Source of the DNA: a virus
Lineage: Duplodnaviria; Caudoviricetes
Virus record (IMG/VR): IMGVR_UViG_2731957577_000001
Location: 1-64,000 of that record
Length of the DNA: 64,000 nt
Reading direction: 5' to 3' (one strand)
Below are positions 47,132 through 57,745 of the stretch, piece by piece. Position 1 is the stretch's first letter; each line of letters begins with the position of its first letter. A program made the position numbers and the translations under genes. The notes beneath the pieces were generated by a model. It was not told where the DNA came from and made no database searches. It saw nothing but the letters and a program-made list of their open reading frames with translations.

Positions 47132-48190
47132 ATGCCCGTCACGAGTTCCTCGCAACTGATTCCGTTTGTGAACAGCCTGGAATCTCGAATCAACACGATG
47201 CAAGATGCCTTTAATAGTTGGCAGCAGAATAAGTCCGCCATTCTGTCCGCATTACCTCAAATCGATGCCAATCGCGTCAGCTCGCTCAGCGCGCTGGTGA
47301 AAGCTGAGGATGCCTTGGCGGAAATCAACACGGCGACATTTAATGTGGCCGCGGCAAAGGGCCAGAAGCTCAAAAAGGTCATCGATGACCTAAAGCAACA
47401 GTGTATTGAGGCCGCCCAGAATGCCACCGGCAAGATCGATCCGAGGTTTGCCGATGAGATCGACAATGCGATCTCGGAAGTCGACAGTGTGGTGGCCGAT
47501 GGCCTCAAACTTGATTATCGACTTCGAAAGATTCAAGAACTCGGCCAGACCGCGCTGGATACCTCGAACTCGGTCTTTGCCAAGGAACTCATCGTCCCGC
47601 AGGTTTGGGATATCGGAACGCCCGTCACAGATACCACATTGAATGTACAGGGGGATCCCGGTGTCGAGTTTATCAGCGGCGATGTGACCGTTCTTGATGA
47701 AGACGGCAATGCGATGTTGGATGAATCCGGGCAGCTCATCACTGGCACCATTGACGAGTCCGGCACCATTATGCTTTCCGCGGCTCCAGGTGACACTTGC
47801 AAATTGTACTATCCCGTTCGACTTCATTTTAGCGACATTCCAGATGACTTTTTGTACTTGTTCATGCAGATGGTCGTCGCCAAGAACAGCCCACTCATGC
47901 AGCAGATTCTTCAGTTTGAAAAGACGCTGGACAGTATTGCGGCAGACATTCAGGCGATGAAGGGGCAAGATTGGACGATTGATCACTCCATCATGGACAA
48001 CTATCGAGACATCGTGAAGGAGAGCATTACCCCGAAAGGCCTCACCATCACAGTTCAAGATGGGATTGTCCATACAACCTTCTCGTACAATGACCATCCG
48101 CTCCTCGATCATTTCGTGTTACAACGCTGGAATGAAGACGCAAAAACCTGGGAGCCGTATGACGGCGCGGACGGTATTGTCAGCAAGTAA
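47132..48190 (+). CDS. Hypothetical virion protein (coiled-coil N-terminus)
   Basis: AAGGAGGTG RBS; 352-aa ORF in the structural cluster. Confidence 0.6.
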   Translation: MPVTSSSQLIPFVNSLESRINTMQDAFNSWQQNKSAILSALPQIDANRVSSLSALVKAEDALAEINTATFNVAAAKGQKLKKVIDDLKQQCIEAAQNATGKIDPRFADEIDNAISEVDSVVADGLKLDYRLRKIQELGQTALDTSNSVFAKELIVPQVWDIGTPVTDTTLNVQGDPGVEFISGDVTVLDEDGNAMLDESGQLITGTIDESGTIMLSAAPGDTCKLYYPVRLHFSDIPDDFLYLFMQMVVAKNSPLMQQILQFEKTLDSIAADIQAMKGQDWTIDHSIMDNYRDIVKESITPKGLTITVQDGIVHTTFSYNDHPLLDHFVLQRWNEDAKTWEPYDGADGIVSK

Positions 48191-48229
48191 GACAGCCTCG
48201 TGCTGTCTTGGTACATAGGAGGGACGAAT

Positions 48230-50680
48230 ATGGCCAGTTACCTCGATCAATTCATGCTGACGATGCCCGCCACTCAGCGCCAAAAGCTGCTGGAACTGCT
48301 GCAACTCAAACAGCAATTGGGTTACATCAAGTCGGAGTACGAACTGCAACTGGAACTGGATAATCTTCTCAAGCAGCTGGACGCGCGCGACGGAAAGCCG
48401 ACGTTTCAAGCCAGAACCCAGTCTGGCATTACAAATTCGACAGCGTACAACCAGAACTTTGAGGAGATCGCCTTTGACCTCAATGTTCTCTTTGGGGCAT
48501 CGGATACCATTGACCGTCTCTTACGAGACAACCAGCTCCTCTCGCGAGCTGCCCTATCGGACATCCGCAAACAAATCTTTGCGATGCAATCGAAACTCGA
48601 GCAGCTCAAACTCACGATGAAAAACACCGATGGATTCGTCCAAGGTGTCCATGAACAATTCAACGTGCCGCAGTACACGGAGACCGACGAACAAACCCTG
48701 AGCCTCCTTCGACAAGACCGATTTGGCCAACCCGTGCCGGCGATCTATAACGCTCAGGTGGTCGGCGGCGCCCTGCAGCTGGCGTCTTCCGAGAGCTTTG
48801 ATGCCCTGCGAACAGCGTATGGCAGCAACATCGCGACGATTAAAGTCCGCAACCGCGTCGGCCCTGTGGCCACGGATAACAGTCATCCCGTGGAATACGC
48901 CATTGACGGCAGTACCGAAAGCTATTGGGCGGAAGCGGTATTGGTCGATGCGCCCATCCAACAGGACATCAGCAATCTATGGAGCCATGACTATCACGAC
49001 TATCCGAAGGACGGGGCACTCTGCGAACTGGAGATTGATCTTGGCGGCATTACGACCGTCTCGGAGATCACCTTTGATCCGTATTGCGCCTATCCGCTTG
49101 AGGTCGTTGCGATACACGGATATGAGTCGACGGATTATGATGGCCAGATGTACGAGCTCATTTCACCGACGCACCCGAATCCGTACCAGCGAAGCCAAAG
49201 CTCAACGACAGAGATGACCTTCCAGTTCCCATCCGTGGACATCTCCAAGATTCGGATTCTCCTTCGTCAGGAGAACTATGTGAAGGTCAACTACATCGTG
49301 AGCCAGGATCAGGTCAATGACATGCAACTCTGGAACCAGATTGCCCAGTCGGATGCGTCAACCACGATTCCGGACAAGGCAGCGCCGGGGCAGACGGTCG
49401 CAGAGTTTGATCAGGTCAACCAGATTACCGGTTGGAACACCTATCTGAATGCCCTCGAACAGTGGGCGTCTCAACAAGGAGACAAAGCCTCGAACCTGAT
49501 TCAGTCTGCGCGGACCGCGATGAATGTCATTCGAACGGGGAACTATCAGAACCCAATGGCCCTGACACTCCGCGCAGTGGATCCCAATGCGACCCTGCCT
49601 TCGGATCCCGAGCTCCAGAAGTCCTGGGTCCCCGTCTCAAAACTTGAGTATCTGTACGGCGCCTATGACATCAGTATCAACGGCCGGCAGTACGAAAGCA
49701 TGTCGGTCTACGTGTCAAAGCCGTTGCCGTTGCCTGGCAACATCAAGAACATCAGCATCGATACCCAGGAAAAGCATTACGACATTCCGATGGATCAAGG
49801 AGACCAGGCCCGAATTACGGACATTGAATACTACATTACGTACAAGAAGAATCCAGACGTGGAAGCCTGGAAACCGATTCTTCCGATCAGCAAAGAGTAC
49901 GTAGTCGGGGAGTTGTTACTCGGCCGAAGCAGTGATGTCGACTATCCAGAGCTTTCCGGAACCATGTGGTTTACTCTTCGGTTCCCGGCCATCTCGGCGG
50001 ACACCGTGGCTGTGCGTCGGAATGGCTCACCCATGGACAGCATGACCTACGTCTTGTCGGATGACGGCAAGGCGCTGGGAATCTACCCACAATATTATTC
50101 GGCCTCAAGTATCTATACCGTCGATTACAAACCCGCCGATTCGGCCTACGTCGTGAGCCTGGACGCGTCTTCAGGCGTTGAACCAGTCCAATTCATCAAC
50201 GACAACGGCGATACCGGGGAGTTCTTTGAGACGGTGGACGGAGACAACACGGTGACGCTCAAGCATGAGCCATTCATCTACCGCAGTGATCTCTTTACCT
50301 ACGACCAAGACGCGGCCTTATACACCCAGGATGATTCCAAGCTGAGTCCAGCGAACCCGTATTACTCGGTGCGCGTGATGGTCAACGGGGTGGAGTACGA
50401 GAACATCACCGACTACACCACCGGCACCTTTGACCGAGAAAAGCTGCAGACGGCCAATGGCGGCAAGTGTTTTGCGCAGATCGGAAACAAGATTTACTTC
50501 CCGACGGGCCAGCAACTCACCAACATCGTGGTGGACTACTTCTACTTGACCACAGACATCCGGCTCAAAGCGATTCTTCGACGCAATGCGGCCGGCTACG
50601 AAAGCGTCACGCCGGCACTGTATGAGTACAGTGTCCGCTGCCAGACCTATGACCAGGCCGTGAAGGACTTGTTGACGTAA
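48230..50680 (+). CDS. Virion structural protein, paralogue family member 1
   Basis: GGAGG RBS before ATG 48230; shared N-terminal motif (NSTAYNQNFEEIAFDL), coiled coil, AIDG..YW jelly-roll. Confidence 0.65.
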   Translation: MASYLDQFMLTMPATQRQKLLELLQLKQQLGYIKSEYELQLELDNLLKQLDARDGKPTFQARTQSGITNSTAYNQNFEEIAFDLNVLFGASDTIDRLLRDNQLLSRAALSDIRKQIFAMQSKLEQLKLTMKNTDGFVQGVHEQFNVPQYTETDEQTLSLLRQDRFGQPVPAIYNAQVVGGALQLASSESFDALRTAYGSNIATIKVRNRVGPVATDNSHPVEYAIDGSTESYWAEAVLVDAPIQQDISNLWSHDYHDYPKDGALCELEIDLGGITTVSEITFDPYCAYPLEVVAIHGYESTDYDGQMYELISPTHPNPYQRSQSSTTEMTFQFPSVDISKIRILLRQENYVKVNYIVSQDQVNDMQLWNQIAQSDASTTIPDKAAPGQTVAEFDQVNQITGWNTYLNALEQWASQQGDKASNLIQSARTAMNVIRTGNYQNPMALTLRAVDPNATLPSDPELQKSWVPVSKLEYLYGAYDISINGRQYESMSVYVSKPLPLPGNIKNISIDTQEKHYDIPMDQGDQARITDIEYYITYKKNPDVEAWKPILPISKEYVVGELLLGRSSDVDYPELSGTMWFTLRFPAISADTVAVRRNGSPMDSMTYVLSDDGKALGIYPQYYSASSIYTVDYKPADSAYVVSLDASSGVEPVQFINDNGDTGEFFETVDGDNTVTLKHEPFIYRSDLFTYDQDAALYTQDDSKLSPANPYYSVRVMVNGVEYENITDYTTGTFDREKLQTANGGKCFAQIGNKIYFPTGQQLTNIVVDYFYLTTDIRLKAILRRNAAGYESVTPALYEYSVRCQTYDQAVKDLLT

Positions 50681-50694
50681 CGGGAGGTTTCATC

Positions 50695-53600
50695 ATGCCA
50701 CTGACGCAGCCGCTCCAAAACGATTCGCAGATGCTTTATCTGCAAGCCAAGTACCAGTTCGAGAAAGCCCAACAGGCCTTTCAGGACGGCACGATCAAAA
50801 CGGAAAAAGGACTGATTCAGGCTGTCTTCAAGGCCTTTCAGGATTTTTTCTTGAGTCTTGGAAAACCGATGTTGACTCCAAGGTACGCGGTTGATGGCGG
50901 ACCGCCCATCTCCGATGACTATAACCAAATGATGCAGGAGATCCTTCAAGACCTCACCCTTTTGTATCAAGAGGTCGATATCCTCGGCCGCGGCCTGTAT
51001 ACCGACTTTAACTACAACCAAGTACAGGCCGGACAGCTCAAGGCCAAGTTCGATGAGGTCAGCGACAAACTGAAGGATCTCGAACTCCTCAGTGGCACAT
51101 CGGCGGACGATGCAACCATTGTTCAGTTCCGGGAGAACTTCACGAACTCCAACGACATCGACTTCGACCGCATTATGACGGAGCCTGCGACCATTGAGAA
51201 TGGCACCGTCACGCTCAAGGCGGTCAATACGGAGAATCTGAGTCCCAATGCGACCGTCACGATCGTCGTGGGCGACGAAACCTACACCAACTTTATTATC
51301 GGCTCGGATTCCAATGGGTTTCCCGGCAACAACGCAGAAGTCACGGTTCAACCCGGAAGCTCCCTCACGGGGACCGACAATCAATACACGTTCCTGGGTG
51401 AGAAGGACAATCACGGAAACTACGGGGCCGTGCTCGATGGAAACTCGAACACCTGGTTTGAGTACGAACTGAATAACCTGCGCGACCAAGAAGCCATTCG
51501 GGTAGCCAAAAACCTAGGCTGGGATTACCAAGTGAGCGGCAACCAAACCATTCGCTGGGCCAGAGATCCCGACAATGGCGCGCTGCGGCTCCATTTGCAG
51601 ATCGTTCTCGATGAAGTGACACAGATCAACCACATCAACATCAACATGTACACACCGCCGAACTACGGCGCACAGCCGGCTATTGTGAAAAACATCCTGG
51701 TGTCCGATGGCGTCAGCGCCCCACAGTCGGTGCTGAGTCCCGACAAAAAGGATACGGACTACAGCTTTTACTTTGCGCCGATCAAAGCCAAAACGATCTC
51801 CATTCTCTTTGAGCAGCCGACAAAGTATTACACCGACCTGGGCCACATTTATTACCGGAAGAAAGATTCCAACCAGGACACGGTTCAATATGCCATTACC
51901 CAGGGCGGCCAGCCACCACAAGACATGATCCAGCGGGTGGATGGTCCGCTCATCTCCATCGAAGATCTCGGCGTCACGGTGACGGATACAGGAGCGTCTG
52001 TGTCGACGTACTATCCCATGAAAGGGCCGGAGTCCAATGGATATTCCATCGGGGACATCCTGACGGACCTGACAAGGCGCGTACAGGAAGAAGACATCGA
52101 CATTGGCGTGGAGCGATTCGAAGGATACCGCTACTGCATTGGCATTCGAGACATTGAGATTTACTCGTTCCAATACGAGCAGCAAGGCGAGATTGTCTCC
52201 AAACCATATTACTTTGAACAGCCGTTGCAAAAGGTGGCTCTCTCTGTGGACGAGGTGTTGCCCGATGCCTTTGGTGAGGATGCGGATTCGTATCTGCAAT
52301 ATTTCATCAGCATCGACGACGGCGCTACTTGGTATCCGATCACCCCTCTGGAACGGTCCATCACGGGTGTGACCGGGGGAGAGGAAGGACCGCCACCGAA
52401 AATCTATACGATTGAACAGGTCGATTCACCGGATCAAAGCATCACAAAACCTGGCTACATTGAGACCCAGTATCCGGTCTATAGTCTTCGTGTACGGTGT
52501 CTATTGTCTCGTCCGGGAGATGCAGCGTCGAGCAACTCGGTTCAGCAATTTGGCGATGGCTCGGATGACCTGACCTTTGCCACGCCGATTCTCAAAGGCT
52601 ATACCGTGAAGGGATATATCCAGGGACAGGTCAGCGACTCTGCGGCCTCTCACTTGATTGCCCAAGCTCCCGATCAAGTCGATCCATACCCAAGCGACGA
52701 TGACACGCCGTTTTTCCCGAGCGGCTCTGACAACAACAATGGTGGTAGTGACACAGGCGGTGGCGCAGGGGGAACGGGAGGCACAGGCGGTGTTGGAGGG
52801 ATCGGTGGCACGGGAGACACTGGCGATACCGGTGGCCCTGGAACCGGTGGGTCGGGAGGCAGCGGAAGCACCGGTGATTCTGGAGGAAGCGGTGGAAGCG
52901 GCGGCGACACCGGAGGAAACACGGGCAACAACGGAGATTCAGGCTCCGGTGGATCCGATGGATCAGGTGGATCGGGTGGATCCGGAAGTTCCGGGAGCGG
53001 AGAAGATACCGAGAATCCGACCCTGCGAGTGGTCATCGACAACAAAAACGAGCAGCAGTGCATCGAGGATCCACTAACGGTATCAGGAACAGTGGAAACG
53101 TCAAAGCCGCTGGACAAGATCGTCCTGATCATCAATGGATCCGTGGAGCAAACCAACGACAACCCAGATAGCGGGACGGAGGTGCCCTTCCAGTTTCAAT
53201 TTCCTTTGGATGACTTCTCGGCTGGCGATTCTATTGCGGTTGAAGTCAAAGCCTTTGATAACGTCGGGAATACTGCCGAAGATGACTACGTACTTACGCT
53301 GGAAGATTGCAGTCAGGATGGAGGCCAACAAGTCCGAGACTGCTTGCTCTACAGCGCGCTCGTCATTCATTACTTCAACCCCGTCACGGGGTCCATCGAA
53401 GTCGCCAATGTTCCGATGTCGTGGCTGCCGTATGAGATCGACAATGGCGCCGGCGTGAAAGCCACATTTGCCTTTAATCAGTCTCTCAACGGCATTGTGG
53501 CCATGATTACGGATGGATACGACACCACCGGCTATGCATTCCCCTTGTGGGCAGTCGGCGTCGAATACCTGGATGAATACAACGACCAAAAGACGTCTTG

Positions 53601-55647
53601 GGCCCAGACCATCCTCAATCAAACCGAAGGTGTGAAAAATGCGGAACTGATGCTGGGTGATCCCTCAACGAAAGACCCAAGCGGATGGATTGCCCAAATC
53701 ATGGACGGTAATCTGTACACGAATGCCCCGTGTATTGGGAGCATCAATGACTATGTCGTGTTTGGGTTCGACGAGGATCTTCAGAATCGGCATTGTACGG
53801 TGGATGGAGATTGGGATCCGGAGGCGCATAAGAAGGACATCAGCGATACGGATCCGCCGGTTGATCCATACGACCCGAACAAAAACCCGGTCAGAAACTG
53901 CTTGTCCGTCGAAAAGGTGTGCTTCCAGTATTACAGTGACGTCACCAATGAATTAGAAATGGTCATTGTCCCGATGTCCTTAATGGTGAACTACACCTAC
54001 ACCCTTGAAACGAAAGCGGGGAACGTTGACCTACTGATTGGATGGTCGGAGTATTTCAAGGGCATTTCCCTCTATGTGAAGGATGCGACCGGAGATACCA
54101 ATGTCCAACTGACCGGTGTCGGCGTCATGTTCCGGGACTACTATGACAACATTAAGACCGCATGGGCCAACGGGACCTCGTATTGGACCCGCGGGGTCAA
54201 GCATACCGAGTACATGATCGGTGGACCCAAAGAGCTTGGGGACTTAACCTGGGTGGCCGAAGTGGAGAGCGGTGATTTTTCGAACGCACCTTGCATTGGG
54301 GCGCCCCATGACTTCGTGGTCATGCATTTCTACGACGTGTTTACGGGGAATGTTTGTCCGATCGATCCGTCCCAGAACACAGACTCCACCATTGGCATCG
54401 ATCCCAACAACCCACCCGATGTGCCAACGGTCAAATTGGATGCTCTGCTTCCTGACTGGTGTCAGTCCACGGACCTTCCGATCACCGGCACCATTACCGA
54501 CTGGCAAGGGGTCACAAGTTATGTCGTATCGGTCAATGGTGTGAAACAAACGCCGATCAGTGGTCAGGGCCAAGCCTCGGTACCGATCAATCTCACGATT
54601 CCAACCGGTGACTATGAACCTGGCGAGACTCTCACGATTACGGTAACAGCCACCAATATCAACGGAAAAACGGGGAGCGCGAGTGTCAGCACGGTGATTA
54701 AGGACTGCTCACCGCCGCCTCAGATTGCCTTTGACCCGATCTCTGATCCGGTCTGCTATCGGACATTGGGTGACAGCCACCAGTTGACGATCGCTGGAAC
54801 GATTACCGACGATACCGCCGTCTCGCGTTGGCAGGTCGTCTATGGAGATGCCGTCATCGCAGATACAACATTGACGCCGATGCCCAAGTCGACGAGGTTC
54901 TCGGTACCGGTGACGATTACCTTCCCAGAGCCTACGATCACGACGACGGCTGGCAAAGCCGACATTGTCTTCTTAATCGACTACACCGGCAGCATGAGTG
55001 GACCGATTCAGAGCATCCGAAGCAACCTGCAGGCGTTCTGCAACTCGTTGACGAGCAACAAGATCGACTTCCGACTAGCCGTTGTATTCTATGGGGACAT
55101 CACAGGCATTGGCGGCAATATGCCATATATTCGCCATGATTGGACCTCGGACGTGACCCAGTTCCTGAACAACCTAGCCGTCACTGTCTCTGGAGGAGGA
55201 GATACGCCGGAATCCACGCTGGATGCGATCATGGACGCCAGCCAGGGTGGTATGTCCTTCTTACCCAGCGTACGAAGTGATGCTGTGCCGTTCTTTATTG
55301 TCGTGACGGACGCGCCGACACACGCCAAAGGGTACGATTCCCTGAGCATTTATGACCCTGACCAGGTAGCCAATACACTCAAGGATCAAGGGGTTGTGGC
55401 CTCGTTTGTCACCCAACTTACCGACCCCATCAAGACCCAATATAACCCGATTGTCTCTGAAACCGGAGGCCAGTTCTTCGACATCAGCTCGGGCACTTTT
55501 GGTGTTCAGATGCAGGCACTCACGAATCAGATCACCAAGCAATCCCTCTACTATCCAGACAGCACGGCGACCATTACCGTGAACGCTTGGGATGAGAAGA
55601 ACACGATGGCGACAAGTTCCATCACCGTAAACCTCAAGACCTGCTAG
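50695..55647 (+). CDS. Virion protein, paralogue family member 2, with Gly-rich linker, Cys-framed Ig-like domains and VWA domain
   Basis: GPPISDDYNQ..QDL motif; G/S/T-rich linker; VWA MIDAS DIVFLIDYTGSM, GGGDTPE, VVTDAP (about 54961-55530). Confidence 0.8.
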   Translation: MPLTQPLQNDSQMLYLQAKYQFEKAQQAFQDGTIKTEKGLIQAVFKAFQDFFLSLGKPMLTPRYAVDGGPPISDDYNQMMQEILQDLTLLYQEVDILGRGLYTDFNYNQVQAGQLKAKFDEVSDKLKDLELLSGTSADDATIVQFRENFTNSNDIDFDRIMTEPATIENGTVTLKAVNTENLSPNATVTIVVGDETYTNFIIGSDSNGFPGNNAEVTVQPGSSLTGTDNQYTFLGEKDNHGNYGAVLDGNSNTWFEYELNNLRDQEAIRVAKNLGWDYQVSGNQTIRWARDPDNGALRLHLQIVLDEVTQINHININMYTPPNYGAQPAIVKNILVSDGVSAPQSVLSPDKKDTDYSFYFAPIKAKTISILFEQPTKYYTDLGHIYYRKKDSNQDTVQYAITQGGQPPQDMIQRVDGPLISIEDLGVTVTDTGASVSTYYPMKGPESNGYSIGDILTDLTRRVQEEDIDIGVERFEGYRYCIGIRDIEIYSFQYEQQGEIVSKPYYFEQPLQKVALSVDEVLPDAFGEDADSYLQYFISIDDGATWYPITPLERSITGVTGGEEGPPPKIYTIEQVDSPDQSITKPGYIETQYPVYSLRVRCLLSRPGDAASSNSVQQFGDGSDDLTFATPILKGYTVKGYIQGQVSDSAASHLIAQAPDQVDPYPSDDDTPFFPSGSDNNNGGSDTGGGAGGTGGTGGVGGIGGTGDTGDTGGPGTGGSGGSGSTGDSGGSGGSGGDTGGNTGNNGDSGSGGSDGSGGSGGSGSSGSGEDTENPTLRVVIDNKNEQQCIEDPLTVSGTVETSKPLDKIVLIINGSVEQTNDNPDSGTEVPFQFQFPLDDFSAGDSIAVEVKAFDNVGNTAEDDYVLTLEDCSQDGGQQVRDCLLYSALVIHYFNPVTGSIEVANVPMSWLPYEIDNGAGVKATFAFNQSLNGIVAMITDGYDTTGYAFPLWAVGVEYLDEYNDQKTSWAQTILNQTEGVKNAELMLGDPSTKDPSGWIAQIMDGNLYTNAPCIGSINDYVVFGFDEDLQNRHCTVDGDWDPEAHKKDISDTDPPVDPYDPNKNPVRNCLSVEKVCFQYYSDVTNELEMVIVPMSLMVNYTYTLETKAGNVDLLIGWSEYFKGISLYVKDATGDTNVQLTGVGVMFRDYYDNIKTAWANGTSYWTRGVKHTEYMIGGPKELGDLTWVAEVESGDFSNAPCIGAPHDFVVMHFYDVFTGNVCPIDPSQNTDSTIGIDPNNPPDVPTVKLDALLPDWCQSTDLPITGTITDWQGVTSYVVSVNGVKQTPISGQGQASVPINLTIPTGDYEPGETLTITVTATNINGKTGSASVSTVIKDCSPPPQIAFDPISDPVCYRTLGDSHQLTIAGTITDDTAVSRWQVVYGDAVIADTTLTPMPKSTRFSVPVTITFPEPTITTTAGKADIVFLIDYTGSMSGPIQSIRSNLQAFCNSLTSNKIDFRLAVVFYGDITGIGGNMPYIRHDWTSDVTQFLNNLAVTVSGGGDTPESTLDAIMDASQGGMSFLPSVRSDAVPFFIVVTDAPTHAKGYDSLSIYDPDQVANTLKDQGVVASFVTQLTDPIKTQYNPIVSETGGQFFDISSGTFGVQMQALTNQITKQSLYYPDSTATITVNAWDEKNTMATSSITVNLKTC
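52723..53005 (+). repeat. Gly/Ser/Thr-rich low-complexity coding repeat (GGSGGTG-like)
   Basis: Degenerate GGxGG repeats in the translation. Confidence 0.8.
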
Positions 55648-55659
55648 GGGTGGACGTGC

Positions 55660-57735
55660 ATGAACATCAAACAAATTCAAATACGCCGGGCCGTGGAGCA
55701 GATCGTCCGGTACTACCTGAAATACGGCCGGTATCCCACGTTCCAGACGATTACGTACCAACTGAGCCAATGGCTCCGGGACCATACCCCTGGGGCCCCG
55801 AGTTTCTCGCCGTACAAGGTGTTACGCAAGAGCCGGTCCGATGCCAATTTGTTCAATGAAAACATCGCTCAGATTGCCCAAGACCTCAGTGATGCCTACG
55901 CGGCGACGATTGACCAAACCACCAGCCTCATGACCAGCTTCAATTACATGGAGGCCGAGCGAAGAAAGCTCTGGCATGCGCTGGCTGAGCTGCAAAACGA
56001 GATTGAACAACTCATGCTGGTGGCTACAAACTCAAGTGGGTATGTCGACAGCCAAATCATCAGCTTCGAGGACATGTCTGATGTCGATAAGACCCGAAGC
56101 ACAGTCTTCATCGATCTCAATACCGGCCAAGTCACCTTGCCGCCGAATGACCGCAGCTCCGAGAAGATCAATATCCAAGGATCCAATACGACCTTCAATG
56201 TACTGACCCAAGCAGCCAAGACAGCGGCACTGGATACCATCAACAACGCCTTTGATGACAACGCCAATACGGCCTGGTGGCAGGTCGTCAAGATGCTGTC
56301 CCCAGGCGTCGTCAATGCCGAACTCATCGTCATGTTTGACCAACAGTACGTGATCAATCAGATCGACTACGTGAACCATGCCAACAGCCCCGTGACGATG
56401 CATGTGTCCTACACGGAAGATGGAACGAGCTTTAGTCCCATCCCGGGGGACAACCAGCAAGTTGTGTCGGATGCGGCGACATGGAAGTTCTCGGACGTGC
56501 CCGCCAAGGGAATCCGTTTTACGTACACGAAACAGACGCATGATGACAACTCGGCCGGCGTGTATCAATACTACTTCGGCGCCAAGAACATCTCGGTCTA
56601 CCGCAAGAGCTATCTGACAAGCGGTGTGCTGATCAGCAATCCCGTCCAGATGGAAGAGCTGCATGTATCGGGTGTCTCCATCAAGACCACAGATACCATT
56701 CCCTACAGCACCTCGATTGATTACGCGGTCGCCTTGTACGATCCGGATCAAAGTGTCGATGACGCCGTTTGGTACCCGATTAGTTCTCTCGATGACACGA
56801 ACCCGAAGTACCCAAAGGTCGTTCAGTTCAATGCCTCGACCACGAAGACCGTGGAGTTCCCAAAAGCAGAACCAACCACCGAAGTGATCAACGGGATGCC
56901 TGTGTTTCGACTGATTCGGGAGGACGGAGAGCCGGTACTGCCGGATGAAGATACGTTTGACAACATCAAAAACCCCAAGCTATTCCGTGGCATCAACCAG
57001 TGGAAACGTGAGCAGACCTATGTCCCGTTTACGGGCAACGTGCCTCTCAATAGCGCATGGGATGACATCTACACCAATCGGCCGAGTCTTGTGACCACCG
57101 ACTATTGGCCCATTGGAAATACCTTGAGTCTGCAACGGGTCAATGGCGGCGACAAAAACAACTTCTATCGGTTCACGACCTGTATCTATTCAGAGACGGA
57201 CCGGACAGTCCCCATGAGTCTTTCCGTGATTCAAACCGATGCGACCACTGGGATGAAAAAGCGCCTTGGCACGTTTGCCGTGTACGTCAATAATCAGCGG
57301 ATGGTCGCTTCGAACGACCAGGTGACCTTGCCACTTCAGGCTGGATGGAACCAGATTCAGATCCTGTATCACTGGGGCGACATGGCGAATCGCACCGACA
57401 TGGATCCCGCGAATCTTCCAACCACAACCTACCTGGGGATGTTCAATTTTTCAGCGGAGCCGAAAGTCCGGGCGGAGCTGGACAGCCTGACATTTGTCGA
57501 TGTGCATACGCTCTATCACAACATTTCGCCCAACGATCATGGCTACTGCGCCATCTACGATAACCAGATCGTCCTGAATTACCAGCCCAAGGACTGCATC
57601 TTTCAGCTGGTCTATGACGTGTCGTCGAACGACAACCCAACGAATCAAATCCTCGTCAAGGCGACTCTGTCTCGAGAAGCCGATACCGATGGTTTGACGC
57701 CGATAATTTCCAAGATTGAAGTCCGTGCCATGTGA
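55660..57735 (+). CDS. Virion structural protein, paralogue family member 3
   Basis: SDANLFNENIAQIAQDL motif, AFDD..AWW jelly-roll, C-terminal A.L.R..TP. Confidence 0.65.
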   Translation: MNIKQIQIRRAVEQIVRYYLKYGRYPTFQTITYQLSQWLRDHTPGAPSFSPYKVLRKSRSDANLFNENIAQIAQDLSDAYAATIDQTTSLMTSFNYMEAERRKLWHALAELQNEIEQLMLVATNSSGYVDSQIISFEDMSDVDKTRSTVFIDLNTGQVTLPPNDRSSEKINIQGSNTTFNVLTQAAKTAALDTINNAFDDNANTAWWQVVKMLSPGVVNAELIVMFDQQYVINQIDYVNHANSPVTMHVSYTEDGTSFSPIPGDNQQVVSDAATWKFSDVPAKGIRFTYTKQTHDDNSAGVYQYYFGAKNISVYRKSYLTSGVLISNPVQMEELHVSGVSIKTTDTIPYSTSIDYAVALYDPDQSVDDAVWYPISSLDDTNPKYPKVVQFNASTTKTVEFPKAEPTTEVINGMPVFRLIREDGEPVLPDEDTFDNIKNPKLFRGINQWKREQTYVPFTGNVPLNSAWDDIYTNRPSLVTTDYWPIGNTLSLQRVNGGDKNNFYRFTTCIYSETDRTVPMSLSVIQTDATTGMKKRLGTFAVYVNNQRMVASNDQVTLPLQAGWNQIQILYHWGDMANRTDMDPANLPTTTYLGMFNFSAEPKVRAELDSLTFVDVHTLYHNISPNDHGYCAIYDNQIVLNYQPKDCIFQLVYDVSSNDNPTNQILVKATLSREADTDGLTPIISKIEVRAM

Positions 57736-57745
57736 GGTGATACCC

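Noticed and set aside
48189-48209. Hairpin AAGACAGC-ctcgt-GCTGTCTT as a terminator
   Set aside because: No U tract follows; may be a stability or processing hairpin but unsupported
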